Below, piece after piece: positions 28,296 through 38,398 of a stretch of 64,000 nt of DNA. Under the pieces are notes generated by a model. That model did not search any database. It saw only the letters and a list, made by a program, of their open reading frames with translations, and was not told where the DNA came from. The stretch is from a virus (Duplodnaviria > Caudoviricetes), in IMG/VR virus record IMGVR_UViG_3300021387_000688. One strand, written 5' to 3'. Within the stretch, counting starts at the first letter, position 1, and the number at the start of each line of letters is the position of its first letter. The position numbers and the translations under genes are program-made.

Positions 28296-30422
28296 ATGGC
28301 TTTTAGTTTGAACAAAAAAGCGAACCAAGCCGTTTCATCAGAATCAGTATGGAGAGTAGACCATATTGTTGGAAACGAGTTTGTAACCGTCGTTCTCGAT
28401 TTACCTATTCGAGAAATGTCTAGTCTTGATAAAGAAATCCTAAAATATCTAGAAAGTATTTTATCTAAAGCAGGAATTGCTTCTTATGTAATTACTTCTG
28501 CGCTTTCTAAATATCCTAACGAAAAAGAGCTTAAAAAAGGTCTTACAGATTATTACATCAATCACAATTCGGGTTGGTTTGAACAGATTGTTAAACCTGC
28601 AAGAGAAAAAGGAATGACGGCAGATGTTATTGTAGCATTCGGTCCAGCCTTATATCAAATTACAAAAACAGCAACAGACTTCACAGTAGATGATTTAATC
28701 TATCCTGCATTTGAAAATTATGTTTATGTAGGACACGGATATGTAGGAGATTATGATGCATTTATATTCCCGCAGTATCCAATTCAGGAAGTTTTCGTTC
28801 CAGGACTTCAAGATGGAGTTGAACAAGTAGAACTTGGTTGTTGGAAAATGAATTTCATGGTTTCTGTATTTAAGAAAATTGCAGCTCGTAAATATCAGTT
28901 ACCGGACGACATGGGTCCAGTTGAATTAAGAGAGATTGGGGAGAATTACGATACAGATAAAGAAGGTGCAGTAAAAGAAACTGAAGAGTTTTTGAAAACA
29001 CATTTCAATGAAGATGTATGCGCATTCGACTTGGAAACATCTGGTTTCAATGCATGGAAATGTAAGATTAGATGTATTACACTTTCATTTGATGGTAACG
29101 TAGGTTATTATTTGGAATGGAAGATTTTCAAAGAAAATCCTTATTTAATTGATTTACTTTCTGAAATGATGTTAACTGCTAAGCATCGTGTAACAGTTAA
29201 TGGAAAGTTCGATATTAAGTTCCTTTGGGTTAATGGCTTAAGTTTGGATGTAAATGTAAACGAAGATGCAATGACATTGAGCCATGTATTATGTTCTGGA
29301 AGACATAAAGGTTTGAAAACGAATGCATTCTTCTGGACCCCATATGGTGGTTACGATCACAAACTTGATGAGTATCGTGATAACTTGAAAAAGAAAGGAA
29401 TTAAGGACCCATCATTCTATGATATTCCAAAAATAATTCTTAGACCATATGCGACTATGGATGCTATCATAACAGTTCGTATTTGGAGAGCAGGTCTTAA
29501 ACGTATTCAGAAATTCGATTTTGAATATCCTACAGAATATCCAATCGAGTATACAGGCGGACATGCATATGGTGCTTATGAATGGTACCAGAACGTTATG
29601 CAGATTTATCCAATCATTTGTAGAATGGAATATGATGGCATGTATGTAGATGAAGAAATCATCGAAATGCATAGAAACATTTTCAGAAGAAAGATTGATG
29701 AAGCTCGTAAAGAGTTGAGTAAGATTTTTGGAACACCTTATGATTTCAAATATGGTTCAGCTGCAGCTTTAGGAAGACTTTTGGAAGAAAAAGGTTGGCC
29801 ATGTCATGGTAGAGCCAAAGATGGTTCATATGAAACATCGGATGATTGTTTCGTAGAATGGACAAGAGATGGTATGCCAGGAGTTAAATGGCTTAAGAAG
29901 TTCCGTGTAGCAAATACATGTTTGAGATCTTATCTTGGAGTAACTGAAAAGACAGTAGATCAGAAAAGAGGAACAATTAAAGTTGAACAAACTGGTTGGC
30001 CTCAGTATTGGGTAAAACATCCAGATGGAAGTACTCGTATTCATTGTAACTTTACAGTATGTGGAACAGAAACTTTCCGTATGATTTCTCGTGAACCAAA
30101 CTTGCAGAATGTGCCAACTCATTCACAGGAAGGTTCTATTACAAAGATGTCATTTACAGTTCCTCCTGCAGCCGCTGCAACTATTACAGATGAAAATGGA
30201 AAGAAGTGGTGGATTACAGAGTTAGGAATTATTAATACAGAACGTGGTTATGTAGCAATGAAGGCTTTGACAGAAGACGATACTATTGTAGATATCGGAG
30301 AAGAAACTACTTTGGAATTTGATGAATGGATGGCTAAAGGAATTAAGCCAATTGGAATGGAAACAATGTTAGGTAAACACAATCAAATTCTTGAAGGAAA
30401 GTTTGTATTACAGGAGGAATAA
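28296..30422 (+). CDS. polA: Family A DNA polymerase, fragment 1 (UDG-like N-domain, 3'-5' exonuclease, thumb) plus a non-polymerase tail
   Basis: ExoI FDLETSG, ExoII NGKFD, ExoIII YATMD, RIH.NF...TETFR..SREPNLQNVP; polymerase homology ends at MSFTVPP just before motif A. Confidence 0.92.
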   Translation: MAFSLNKKANQAVSSESVWRVDHIVGNEFVTVVLDLPIREMSSLDKEILKYLESILSKAGIASYVITSALSKYPNEKELKKGLTDYYINHNSGWFEQIVKPAREKGMTADVIVAFGPALYQITKTATDFTVDDLIYPAFENYVYVGHGYVGDYDAFIFPQYPIQEVFVPGLQDGVEQVELGCWKMNFMVSVFKKIAARKYQLPDDMGPVELREIGENYDTDKEGAVKETEEFLKTHFNEDVCAFDLETSGFNAWKCKIRCITLSFDGNVGYYLEWKIFKENPYLIDLLSEMMLTAKHRVTVNGKFDIKFLWVNGLSLDVNVNEDAMTLSHVLCSGRHKGLKTNAFFWTPYGGYDHKLDEYRDNLKKKGIKDPSFYDIPKIILRPYATMDAIITVRIWRAGLKRIQKFDFEYPTEYPIEYTGGHAYGAYEWYQNVMQIYPIICRMEYDGMYVDEEIIEMHRNIFRRKIDEARKELSKIFGTPYDFKYGSAAALGRLLEEKGWPCHGRAKDGSYETSDDCFVEWTRDGMPGVKWLKKFRVANTCLRSYLGVTEKTVDQKRGTIKVEQTGWPQYWVKHPDGSTRIHCNFTVCGTETFRMISREPNLQNVPTHSQEGSITKMSFTVPPAAAATITDENGKKWWITELGIINTERGYVAMKALTEDDTIVDIGEETTLEFDEWMAKGIKPIGMETMLGKHNQILEGKFVLQEE

Positions 30423-30425
30423 AAG

Positions 30426-31388
30426 ATGTTAAAGATTACTAAAAGATCTGCTACAATAGATGATTTTTTGAAAATGAAAAAGAAAGAGCCATTTGCAACA
30501 TGGCGACAGACATCTAAGCTTGAAAACTTCGGTTTGATGTTCGGTGCACAGTATTCAACATTCGCCCACATTCTTCAGACAGCAGAACCACCTTTTACAA
30601 TTGAAGATTGTAAAAACTATATCAAACTTGCACATGCAGAAGATGTTTATAATGAAATGTTGATGAAGGCTCAGAAAGGAAGACACCGTCTTTATGAAAT
30701 GAGACCTAATGTAGAATGTTGGTATTATGCAACAGCAAAAGTAATGCGTGAAGCATTCTTGAATGGATATAGTGGATTGAAAGAACGTATTGAACGTGAA
30801 CATAAGTTTGCTATTAAACATTACTATACAAGAAACTGGTATGGTTCTGTAAGATGGTACCCTGAGTTAGCTTATATGAATATTGATCCAATTGAGAAAA
30901 CATTGAAGGGTGCAGATAAAAAGTATTTTGCATATATCTTCTCTCATTTAATGAACAACGCCGCAAACGGTCCTGTACAGAGTGGAGAGACGGTATTTAT
31001 TTACAATGGTTGGATTCATGCAAATAAAAAGATGAAGGAATGGGATTTAAGATCTCAGATTTGTAATACAATTCATGACTCTTTGGATGCATATTTGTGG
31101 AAGCCAGAAAAAGAATTAATGAAGGCTTTGATTAATGCAAGTGTACATGATAAGATTCGTTATCCTCATGAAAATGTATTCCACTTCATGGAACCTGAAA
31201 TCTCTGACATTAGAGATTATGAACATATTACAGGTTATAAAGAAGGGGAGTTTACAGGAGATGAAAAGATCTTAGGACACTTCTATAAACATGGTGAAGA
31301 AGAGAAAGCAGCCCCAATTGCAGATGCTCTTAAAGCTTATAATGAAACTTGGGGAACCAATTGGGAATGGACATTGCCATTAATTTAA
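30426..31388 (+). CDS. polA: Family A DNA polymerase, C-terminal fragment (motifs B and C)
   Basis: RQTSKLENFGLMFG (motif B), AANGPVQS, TIHDSL (motif C); own GGAGG RBS. Confidence 0.92.
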   Translation: MLKITKRSATIDDFLKMKKKEPFATWRQTSKLENFGLMFGAQYSTFAHILQTAEPPFTIEDCKNYIKLAHAEDVYNEMLMKAQKGRHRLYEMRPNVECWYYATAKVMREAFLNGYSGLKERIEREHKFAIKHYYTRNWYGSVRWYPELAYMNIDPIEKTLKGADKKYFAYIFSHLMNNAANGPVQSGETVFIYNGWIHANKKMKEWDLRSQICNTIHDSLDAYLWKPEKELMKALINASVHDKIRYPHENVFHFMEPEISDIRDYEHITGYKEGEFTGDEKILGHFYKHGEEEKAAPIADALKAYNETWGTNWEWTLPLI

Positions 31389-31398
31389 GGAGAATAAT

Positions 31399-31785
31399 AT
31401 GAGTTGTAAAATTGAAATAGATCCATTTAATAAAAAAGCAGGTAAGTTATGTTATTTGTTAATGACTCAGGATGCTGCGTCATTGGAGGCTCGTGTATGC
31501 ACAAGTGATACTGTTCTTAATAAGAATGGTATTGATAAAGTTTTGTTCTCGGTATATGATCCAGTACATGGAAATAACGACTTACATAGTACTACAAGTT
31601 TCGCTACATTCGGTTCATCTGTAAACTTACAGATTAATGAAATAGTAGACGATAACGGAAAAACATGGTTGTGTTTGGATGACCAGTCTATTGTAATTAA
31701 AAGAGATGGCCAGCAGATCACGGTTTTAGGAAAAGAATTAAAAGAAACAGATGAAATTGTTGGTTATGTAGAGGATGTAGCTTAA
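31399..31785 (+). CDS. polA: Family A DNA polymerase, middle fragment (motif A) plus a non-polymerase tail
   Basis: LLMTQDAASLEARV (motif A, cf. DYSQIELRV) and DLHSTTS (cf. DLH..TA); own AAGGAG RBS. Confidence 0.88.
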   Translation: MSCKIEIDPFNKKAGKLCYLLMTQDAASLEARVCTSDTVLNKNGIDKVLFSVYDPVHGNNDLHSTTSFATFGSSVNLQINEIVDDNGKTWLCLDDQSIVIKRDGQQITVLGKELKETDEIVGYVEDVA

Positions 31786-32153
31786 AAATTAAATCCGTAA
31801 GGAGTCATTCTTTTAGCTTGTTGCTTTTTCACTTGGTTGAACGCTTTTAAAGTTTGACTAAGTGTAGGCACAACATTATATTCTATCTCATTTGTAAATT
31901 CAATTGGTTTACATTTTGTAGGACTAACATAAGTTATGTGACCATCTTTAAGGTAAGCCAACAACATGGAACAATTTATGTTAGGACAAATTGAAGGCAA
32001 TACTTTAGGTAAATCTTCTGTATAAATTTTTACCTTCATTTCTTTTTCACAATTAATCCAAATATCTATTTTACCCTTCATTGGCGGGAACATTAAATAA
32101 TCTTTAGCCGCCATTAAATCTACCAAATCATTTTCTTCTATTTCGTTTGCCAT
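31782..32153 (-). CDS. Hypothetical protein
   Basis: 123 aa, GAGGA RBS. Confidence 0.7.
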   Translation of the reverse strand: MANEIEENDLVDLMAAKDYLMFPPMKGKIDIWINCEKEMKVKIYTEDLPKVLPSICPNINCSMLLAYLKDGHITYVSPTKCKPIEFTNEIEYNVVPTLSQTLKAFNQVKKQQAKRMTPYGFNF

Positions 32154-32198
32154 CTCAATAGTCCTCTTTACTAATTATTCTAATTAAATAGTCAAGGA

Positions 32199-32537
32199 AT
32201 GGTTATGAAGAGTAGATACGATTATATGAGAGAAAGTTGGATCGCTAAAGATATAGACGGAGAAGCTTATCCTGATCCTCTTACAATCGACTATAAAAGT
32301 TTAACAGATAATGCAGATGGAGTACCTTCTACCTATACACTTACCGAACCTGACGTTTTGAAGTTATGGAAATCCTATTACAAAGCCACCGGTAAAACAG
32401 AAATGGATGATGTACTATATACACTTAATGGTATAGAACATGTAGGAGTATTAGAACCTTTGGATCAAATATATTTGTTTGATGTAGATTCTATTCATCA
32501 ATATAAATTTAAGGACCTAACAAATCCAACTAACTAA
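32199..32537 (+). CDS. Putative baseplate wedge protein (gp53/LysM-like)
   Basis: SRY start, SY...G....D.L...NGI......L pattern. Confidence 0.55.
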   Translation: MVMKSRYDYMRESWIAKDIDGEAYPDPLTIDYKSLTDNADGVPSTYTLTEPDVLKLWKSYYKATGKTEMDDVLYTLNGIEHVGVLEPLDQIYLFDVDSIHQYKFKDLTNPTN

Positions 32538-32558
32538 AAGGAAGAGGAATAATCGTAT

Positions 32559-35500
32559 ATGCAAAAGAAACAAAACGATTCTTACACAGGAGATGCAATC
32601 ACAAATAACATCAAATATGCAGATAATGAATGGCAGGCTCATGGTACAGTAGACCGTGGTTCTATGTTCTTAACTGAGCCTCTTTTAGGTTTGTTATATG
32701 CAGGTAAGAAATATGATAAAGATTTAGGGGATTATAAAGATTATGTACCTCGTGGTAGTATGTCTAGTACTGCAGGTTTGGATGCAAATGCAACTGCATT
32801 AGCAAGAGCAAAATTTCAGATTGAACCAGCCCGTTTAAGTCATGACTTGCTATTATTAGATGCAACCTATTATGTATCTACTGCTAACAGTTCATTAGTA
32901 AACATTTTCGATGTCGATACATATATCAAAAAAGCTATTTCTATAGCTAACCCTATTTACGACGATCACGTAAATTACAAAGTTATACACTTAATTGATC
33001 CAGACAATGTAGATGAAAACCTTACTGTAAAGGATTTCTTAAAACAAGTGCATCCAAAAGCCGCTTTAGGTAAAGATATAAATGACGAGGATTTAGGTGT
33101 AGTATTTGAAAGATATTCTGTAAAAAGGACCGATAACTCTCAATTTACGTTAAACCCAAATACAAAAATTAAAGAGTTTTTAAGCCATAAGGATGAAGAT
33201 ACTCTTGAAGGAATTGCAGCAAAAGTATTCTATGAAGACTTTACATTACATGAACACGATCCTCTTTCTATTAGAAATCCTTTTGATGTAAGATCTGAAG
33301 AAAGGCGTCAATATTATCTTTCAAGATTCTTAGCCAATACAGTATCTCATTCTTTAGGAGTATCTGAAAACGGTTTAGGATATTATGAAATCTTAAATAA
33401 CATGATTGAAGATGCTACCTTCCATTCATATGGTACTGCAGAAGATACATGGCCAAAAAGGGTTTTCGGAGACGAAGCTCTTCAATGGAACCTAGAAAAT
33501 GCATATTCTTGGACATCTAATCTAGTAGGGGAGGATGATGAACATTTACCAATAGAAGATACTACAGAAACCCAAGATAATAAATACATAGAAGTGTTTA
33601 GAAGATTCTTAGGGGATAAATCTTCCAGAGCAAACTATAAAGAGTATTTGAGAAGAATGAATACTGCTATTTCTTCTATCTCAAAATACTGTATCGATGT
33701 ATATGTAGACTGGGATACAAGTGATCCTGGATCTATCAAAGACTCTTGGGGTATTCACCTTTTGAATGAAGAGTCTACTACAAACTTGTTCCAGGATAAC
33801 AGCCACAACTATAGGCTTTTCAATACTGCAGCTTTAGGTTATAAATTGGCAGATGCTCTTATTTCTTTAAGAACATTCTTAGGTGGTTTCTATCACATGT
33901 TCTCTGCTTCAGGAGGAGATTCTGAACAAGCTACATATGTTATCCCTTATGATACCCCTATTTATGAAAGATCTGTTAACACTACTCCTATAGGAGCATT
34001 ATGTGAAGGTAACGTAGATTGGAATGGTTCAGGAGAAAATCCATTTTATAGACAAAATACTTATGTTACAATAGATACATTAAACAACTTGTATAGATTG
34101 GGACATGGCATTAAAGGAGACATCGTCGCCAGTGATGATTATCCAAGTTCTTATGCATTTGAAGCTGAAATTAAAGAATGGTTGTCAAACGAAACTCTTA
34201 TGATTAAAGCACCTGTATATGGTGACTATGTAGAAGAGTTGAACTTCATGCAGGATTTGAACCCAGATTCTGATGTTAACTTCGCCAACTTAAGGATTAA
34301 GAAAACTTCTATTCCTTATAAAAATTCTCAGGATTCTAAATATGAAGAACCCTTCGTAATGAGAACTAATCCTCTTGTCAACCGGGAAAAGGAAAACAAA
34401 AAAGGATATGGAGTACATGCATCTGAAGCTTTGGCAGCTGTAGGTGATAACCCAGATGGATTAAATTGGGGAGAAAATGAACCCAAAACTTCTCATGTTA
34501 TCCCTCCTTTCTTATATGACTATGATAAGAGAAATGAAGAAGATTTCTTAGAGGCAGATGAAAGGCTTTTAAGTAAAGAAGGGGCTAAACAAAGGGTTGC
34601 AAACCCAGCAGGTAATTCTGTAATAGAATCTAGAATAGAATCTCCTACAATTGATGAATTGTGGACATTCTTGAAATACTTAACAGAATCTGACGGTAAT
34701 GTAAATGATTCTAATAGATTACCTTCTTTCTATGGTATCGATAAAAAGTTTATCAAAAACAGCTTAATAACAAAAGAGGATTTTGCAAATACAGTAAACC
34801 CAATGGCCGCTGAAGATAACAATCGTAAGATTATTGATATCTTAAACTGGCACATTATTCCAGATACTAGCAAACCTCCTTACTATAGTTCTGAAGCCGA
34901 GAATGAAATACGTTTAGGTGGATATGAAGTTACAGAGTATATCGATAAGATTTACGACTATGAAATAAATCCATTCTCAAGAAGGGTTGTTAAGAAGGAC
35001 GGGGATAAGTATGAATATGATACAGAGGCCCAGTTCGATCAAGATGTTAACGGAAAGTATTCTAACAGTCATGATGAACCTACAGGTTATCTTGAAAAGT
35101 TGTACAACGAAACAATTGCAAACTTTGCTTTGTATAATGCATTAGAGGGAGATGAATCTTTATCAAATGCCGCAGAAATTGTTAGCATATTTGAAGATGA
35201 AAACTATGATAATTACTTTAATGCAGAAGCAGATAAACTTATCAAGACCCCTACTTCAGAAAAGAAGCTAGCTTATGCACAAGCCCAATGGTCTAATCAA
35301 AGAGTTAAAGCTTTCACTTTATTGAGTAGGATTTTGAATTATCATAAAGCTGATGGGGAAAATGATTTAGTAGATGGTAAAGATACTTCTTATCACAACC
35401 ACTATAAACATTATATGAACCATCCAAAAAACTTGAAATCTATCGAAAGGGATTTGGAAGCTATTCGTCAAAACTTGCAGAGCTTAGCTGAATTTGCTTT

Positions 35501-36008
35501 AGCTACCTTCACTTCTATGGGTTATGCAGATAGATCTACAAACCGTGGCACATTACATCAATTGCATAGAAACAGTTTTGATTTCAATTCTACTTTGATA
35601 GGTACAGATAAGTTTAATGGACCTATTAGCTTAGCAGATTTGAACAATACAATTGCAGATCCTGAACCAAATACTCTTTACAACTTTGCAGTTACCGTTT
35701 ACAAAGGAGAAGATTTAGCAAACTCTTTAAACAACTTAGTTGAACCAAAGGTAGATGGCGACTTGTTAGTATCTGCAATGGATAGAAAAGTTGTATTTGA
35801 AGATGGTGAGTTTGCAGAAAGATATAAAGAAGATGTTTATGATCATAATATCATAGATTTAAGAGGACCTGTAGTTAATACAAGGGCTCTTAAAGAAAGG
35901 TATAGTCCTAATGAGACTTTACTAAGTGAAGTATACTTGGCCGCAGACGGTACATGGAGAAGTATCCACGAACACCCAGTTGCACCTATTTTGGATTGCG
36001 AATTTTAA
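32559..36008 (+). CDS. Large putative virion protein
   Basis: 1149-aa acidic ORF between baseplate-like and tube-like genes. Confidence 0.6.
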   Translation: MQKKQNDSYTGDAITNNIKYADNEWQAHGTVDRGSMFLTEPLLGLLYAGKKYDKDLGDYKDYVPRGSMSSTAGLDANATALARAKFQIEPARLSHDLLLLDATYYVSTANSSLVNIFDVDTYIKKAISIANPIYDDHVNYKVIHLIDPDNVDENLTVKDFLKQVHPKAALGKDINDEDLGVVFERYSVKRTDNSQFTLNPNTKIKEFLSHKDEDTLEGIAAKVFYEDFTLHEHDPLSIRNPFDVRSEERRQYYLSRFLANTVSHSLGVSENGLGYYEILNNMIEDATFHSYGTAEDTWPKRVFGDEALQWNLENAYSWTSNLVGEDDEHLPIEDTTETQDNKYIEVFRRFLGDKSSRANYKEYLRRMNTAISSISKYCIDVYVDWDTSDPGSIKDSWGIHLLNEESTTNLFQDNSHNYRLFNTAALGYKLADALISLRTFLGGFYHMFSASGGDSEQATYVIPYDTPIYERSVNTTPIGALCEGNVDWNGSGENPFYRQNTYVTIDTLNNLYRLGHGIKGDIVASDDYPSSYAFEAEIKEWLSNETLMIKAPVYGDYVEELNFMQDLNPDSDVNFANLRIKKTSIPYKNSQDSKYEEPFVMRTNPLVNREKENKKGYGVHASEALAAVGDNPDGLNWGENEPKTSHVIPPFLYDYDKRNEEDFLEADERLLSKEGAKQRVANPAGNSVIESRIESPTIDELWTFLKYLTESDGNVNDSNRLPSFYGIDKKFIKNSLITKEDFANTVNPMAAEDNNRKIIDILNWHIIPDTSKPPYYSSEAENEIRLGGYEVTEYIDKIYDYEINPFSRRVVKKDGDKYEYDTEAQFDQDVNGKYSNSHDEPTGYLEKLYNETIANFALYNALEGDESLSNAAEIVSIFEDENYDNYFNAEADKLIKTPTSEKKLAYAQAQWSNQRVKAFTLLSRILNYHKADGENDLVDGKDTSYHNHYKHYMNHPKNLKSIERDLEAIRQNLQSLAEFALATFTSMGYADRSTNRGTLHQLHRNSFDFNSTLIGTDKFNGPISLADLNNTIADPEPNTLYNFAVTVYKGEDLANSLNNLVEPKVDGDLLVSAMDRKVVFEDGEFAERYKEDVYDHNIIDLRGPVVNTRALKERYSPNETLLSEVYLAADGTWRSIHEHPVAPILDCEF

Positions 36009-36068
36009 TTTTGCAATACACTAAATAAATACAAGTATACTTAAAAAACTTCAATTGGAGGAAATTAA

Positions 36069-36752
36069 ATGGCACAAAAAACAGCTAATGGTACTTTTAC
36101 CGGAGTTACAGCAGGAGCTATACTACCCGGACACACACCAGCTAGTACATTGATGATGGCTACAGGCGATGCAATGGATAACATATTCGATGTTATGGTG
36201 GGTTGGCCAAGTGGATTAGACACTAGTGCTCCTATTGCAGAAGCATCTTATAGATGTGAAGGATTCAATGTACCTCAGGCAAAAACAAACACTCACAATG
36301 TAACATGGCATGGAGTTACAGTAAAGAAAGTAAGCTCTGGTATCAAGTTAGACAGAGAGCAGAAATTGAAATTCAGATATGATGCAAACTATGCACTATA
36401 TATGAGATTTAAAGCATGGAAGAGAATTACTGGAGATGTTAACACTAGTGGTGTAGCAAACACAGAATCCGCTTTAGGATGGTTTGCAGTAGTAGCACCT
36501 GGACAGGAATATAACTCTCAAAGTTTCTATAACATGATCACAAGTAACACAGATGATTCTGGTGATAATATCATGATTAATGATATGCAAAATATCAGGT
36601 TACTTTATTGGATTTTGAACAGTGCACAGGTAATAGATGTAGGAACCCCTCAATTCAAAAATCAAGGGGATGGTAAGGAAATGTGGTACGAGGTATCATT
36701 CATTTACGGTGATATGGCAGATCCATTTGAATCAGCTACTAAGGCAAGCTAA
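36069..36752 (+). CDS. Putative tail tube protein (gp19-like)
   Basis: N.FDV, C.GF.VP, L.FR.D.NY.LY..F.AW, V.F.Y pattern; strong GGAGG RBS; CTAAAT motif. Confidence 0.6.
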   Translation: MAQKTANGTFTGVTAGAILPGHTPASTLMMATGDAMDNIFDVMVGWPSGLDTSAPIAEASYRCEGFNVPQAKTNTHNVTWHGVTVKKVSSGIKLDREQKLKFRYDANYALYMRFKAWKRITGDVNTSGVANTESALGWFAVVAPGQEYNSQSFYNMITSNTDDSGDNIMINDMQNIRLLYWILNSAQVIDVGTPQFKNQGDGKEMWYEVSFIYGDMADPFESATKAS

Positions 36753-36770
36753 AAATTAAAATTGCAATAA

Positions 36771-36798
36771 AAAAGCTCCTCATTGAGGAGCTTTTTTT
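36771..36798. terminator. Bidirectional intrinsic terminator
   Basis: AAAAGCTCCTC-att-GAGGAGCTTTTTTT. Confidence 0.85.
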
Positions 36799-36819
36799 AT
36801 GCTTAAAAGTTTTTACTTA

Positions 36820-37173
36820 TTAGCAAGATGCTTTCCAAGTTTCCTGTGCACGGTAACCAGAACCTGCATTGATATCGCGGCCATATTTCATAACCTGATA
36901 TTCATAACCTTTAAGAGCATCATCCTTAAGGTGAAGTTTCTTGCGCTGTTCTGAGAAGTAAATATCTTCTGGAGTTTCAGTACCAGCTTCTTTTGCAATT
37001 ACTTTTGTACCGTCTCTCAAAGTATATTCACCTGGGCCCCATCCACCAAGTGCTGGATCGATGCGCCAACCCCAACGACGAATGATTGATTTCAACTGAC
37101 CCTCAGTTGGATATGGTATACCATCTTCTGTGTACTGAATTTCTTCCTGAACCTGTGAATTTGCCTTTGACAT
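36820..37173 (-). CDS. Hypothetical early protein
   Basis: 117 aa; RBS GAGGTACAAATTATG; early-type promoter at about 37216-37250. Confidence 0.8.
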   Translation of the reverse strand: MSKANSQVQEEIQYTEDGIPYPTEGQLKSIIRRWGWRIDPALGGWGPGEYTLRDGTKVIAKEAGTETPEDIYFSEQRKKLHLKDDALKGYEYQVMKYGRDINAGSGYRAQETWKASC

Positions 37174-37327
37174 AATTTGTACCTCGTGTTATATTAAGTT
37201 ATAATTTATGATTATAATATAGCTAAACTTTGGGACAATTTTTCGAAAATGTTTGAAAAAGTTACCAAATCTATATTAAAAATGGAACCCACTACTAATT
37301 TGAAAATAAAAGGAGTTATTACATATA

Positions 37328-38398
37328 ATGAAAGAAGAGAAACAAGTTGACACTGAATTGATCAATGTAGAAGAAATTGCAAGAGACGCTGACGTACCTG
37401 CAGGTTACGTAAAAGTAGCAATGTCTACTAAAGGATTTGGTTATGCTCCTAAAACCTTTCATATAAGAGACTTATCAGTAGAAGAAACATTACAATTGGG
37501 AATGACTGCTCCAGAAGAGATTCCTGTAAAGTTCCCGGCAATGATGGATAAGCTTATTTACGAAAAAGATGTGCATGTAGGAGACTTCATGGATGGTGAA
37601 GTTTCTGAATTTATGATTTGGTTTTATGTAAACTTCTATCAGCATAAATTGAAGGACATTGATTATAAGTTGGATGAAAAAACTAAACAATGGGCTTTGA
37701 AAAATATGTTCGGTGGAGTAGATGGACAACCATATCAAAACTGGTTGAGAGGTATTGAAAGGGGAGATATTCCACTTCATTTTGATATCGACCTTTATAA
37801 GATTAGATTTTATTCTATTACTGAAAAGATTAAAACAACTGTAGAGTACGAACATAAAGGTTTCAAAGCAGTGTTTGCTTATCCAAGGTTTGGAGATGCT
37901 GCAATACTTCAAAAAGCCGTAAAAGATAAGTTTAGAGAACAGGATGCCCAGATCGGTCCTTTATACGATATCTATAAAAGAAAGATGGATATGGAAAAAG
38001 CCATAAGAAGGGGCGAAAGAATTGACCAATCTCAGATTCCTTATTTGGATGAAGAAGATCTAAACGCTGCCCGTCAATATGAAATTGAAAAAACAGTATA
38101 TACCATTTCTTTGATGAAAGGTATGTATCTTAGAAGTATTGATGGTAGAGATGTAAGTAATTTATCGCTCGCAGAAAGAGTAGAGATTGCAAAAGATAAT
38201 CGTATCGATTATCCATGCTATCAAACCATTCAGGAAGCCTTTAAGGATATGAAAGTAGGTCCAGTACCTCTTGTAGAGATTACAAATCCTGTAACAGGGG
38301 AGGTTGAAAAAGATTACGAGTATCCCTTTCGGGCCCTTGAGTTGCTTGCCTTTATTAAGAACTACAGACCTGACGACGCAACTGTTAAGTATGTCTAG
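37328..38398 (+). CDS. Putative baseplate hub/tail assembly chaperone (gp26-like)
   Basis: F.IR.L.V.E..., YPR..D, C-terminal ..PF pattern; lies between the tube and tape-measure genes. Confidence 0.55.
   Translation: MKEEKQVDTELINVEEIARDADVPAGYVKVAMSTKGFGYAPKTFHIRDLSVEETLQLGMTAPEEIPVKFPAMMDKLIYEKDVHVGDFMDGEVSEFMIWFYVNFYQHKLKDIDYKLDEKTKQWALKNMFGGVDGQPYQNWLRGIERGDIPLHFDIDLYKIRFYSITEKIKTTVEYEHKGFKAVFAYPRFGDAAILQKAVKDKFREQDAQIGPLYDIYKRKMDMEKAIRRGERIDQSQIPYLDEEDLNAARQYEIEKTVYTISLMKGMYLRSIDGRDVSNLSLAERVEIAKDNRIDYPCYQTIQEAFKDMKVGPVPLVEITNPVTGEVEKDYEYPFRALELLAFIKNYRPDDATVKYV

Noticed and set aside
30422-31399. Group I/II intron, sequencing frameshift or pseudogene as cause of the split polymerase
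   Set aside because: No non-coding space or homing endonuclease, the fragments are out of colinear order, each has an RBS, and catalytic residues are intact.
30170-31785. Functional protein-splicing split inteins in the polymerase
   Set aside because: CLDDQSIVIKRDG resembles block A, but no fragment supplies an IntC ending in His-Asn before Cys/Ser/Thr and there is no TxxH; kept only as non-catalytic remnants.
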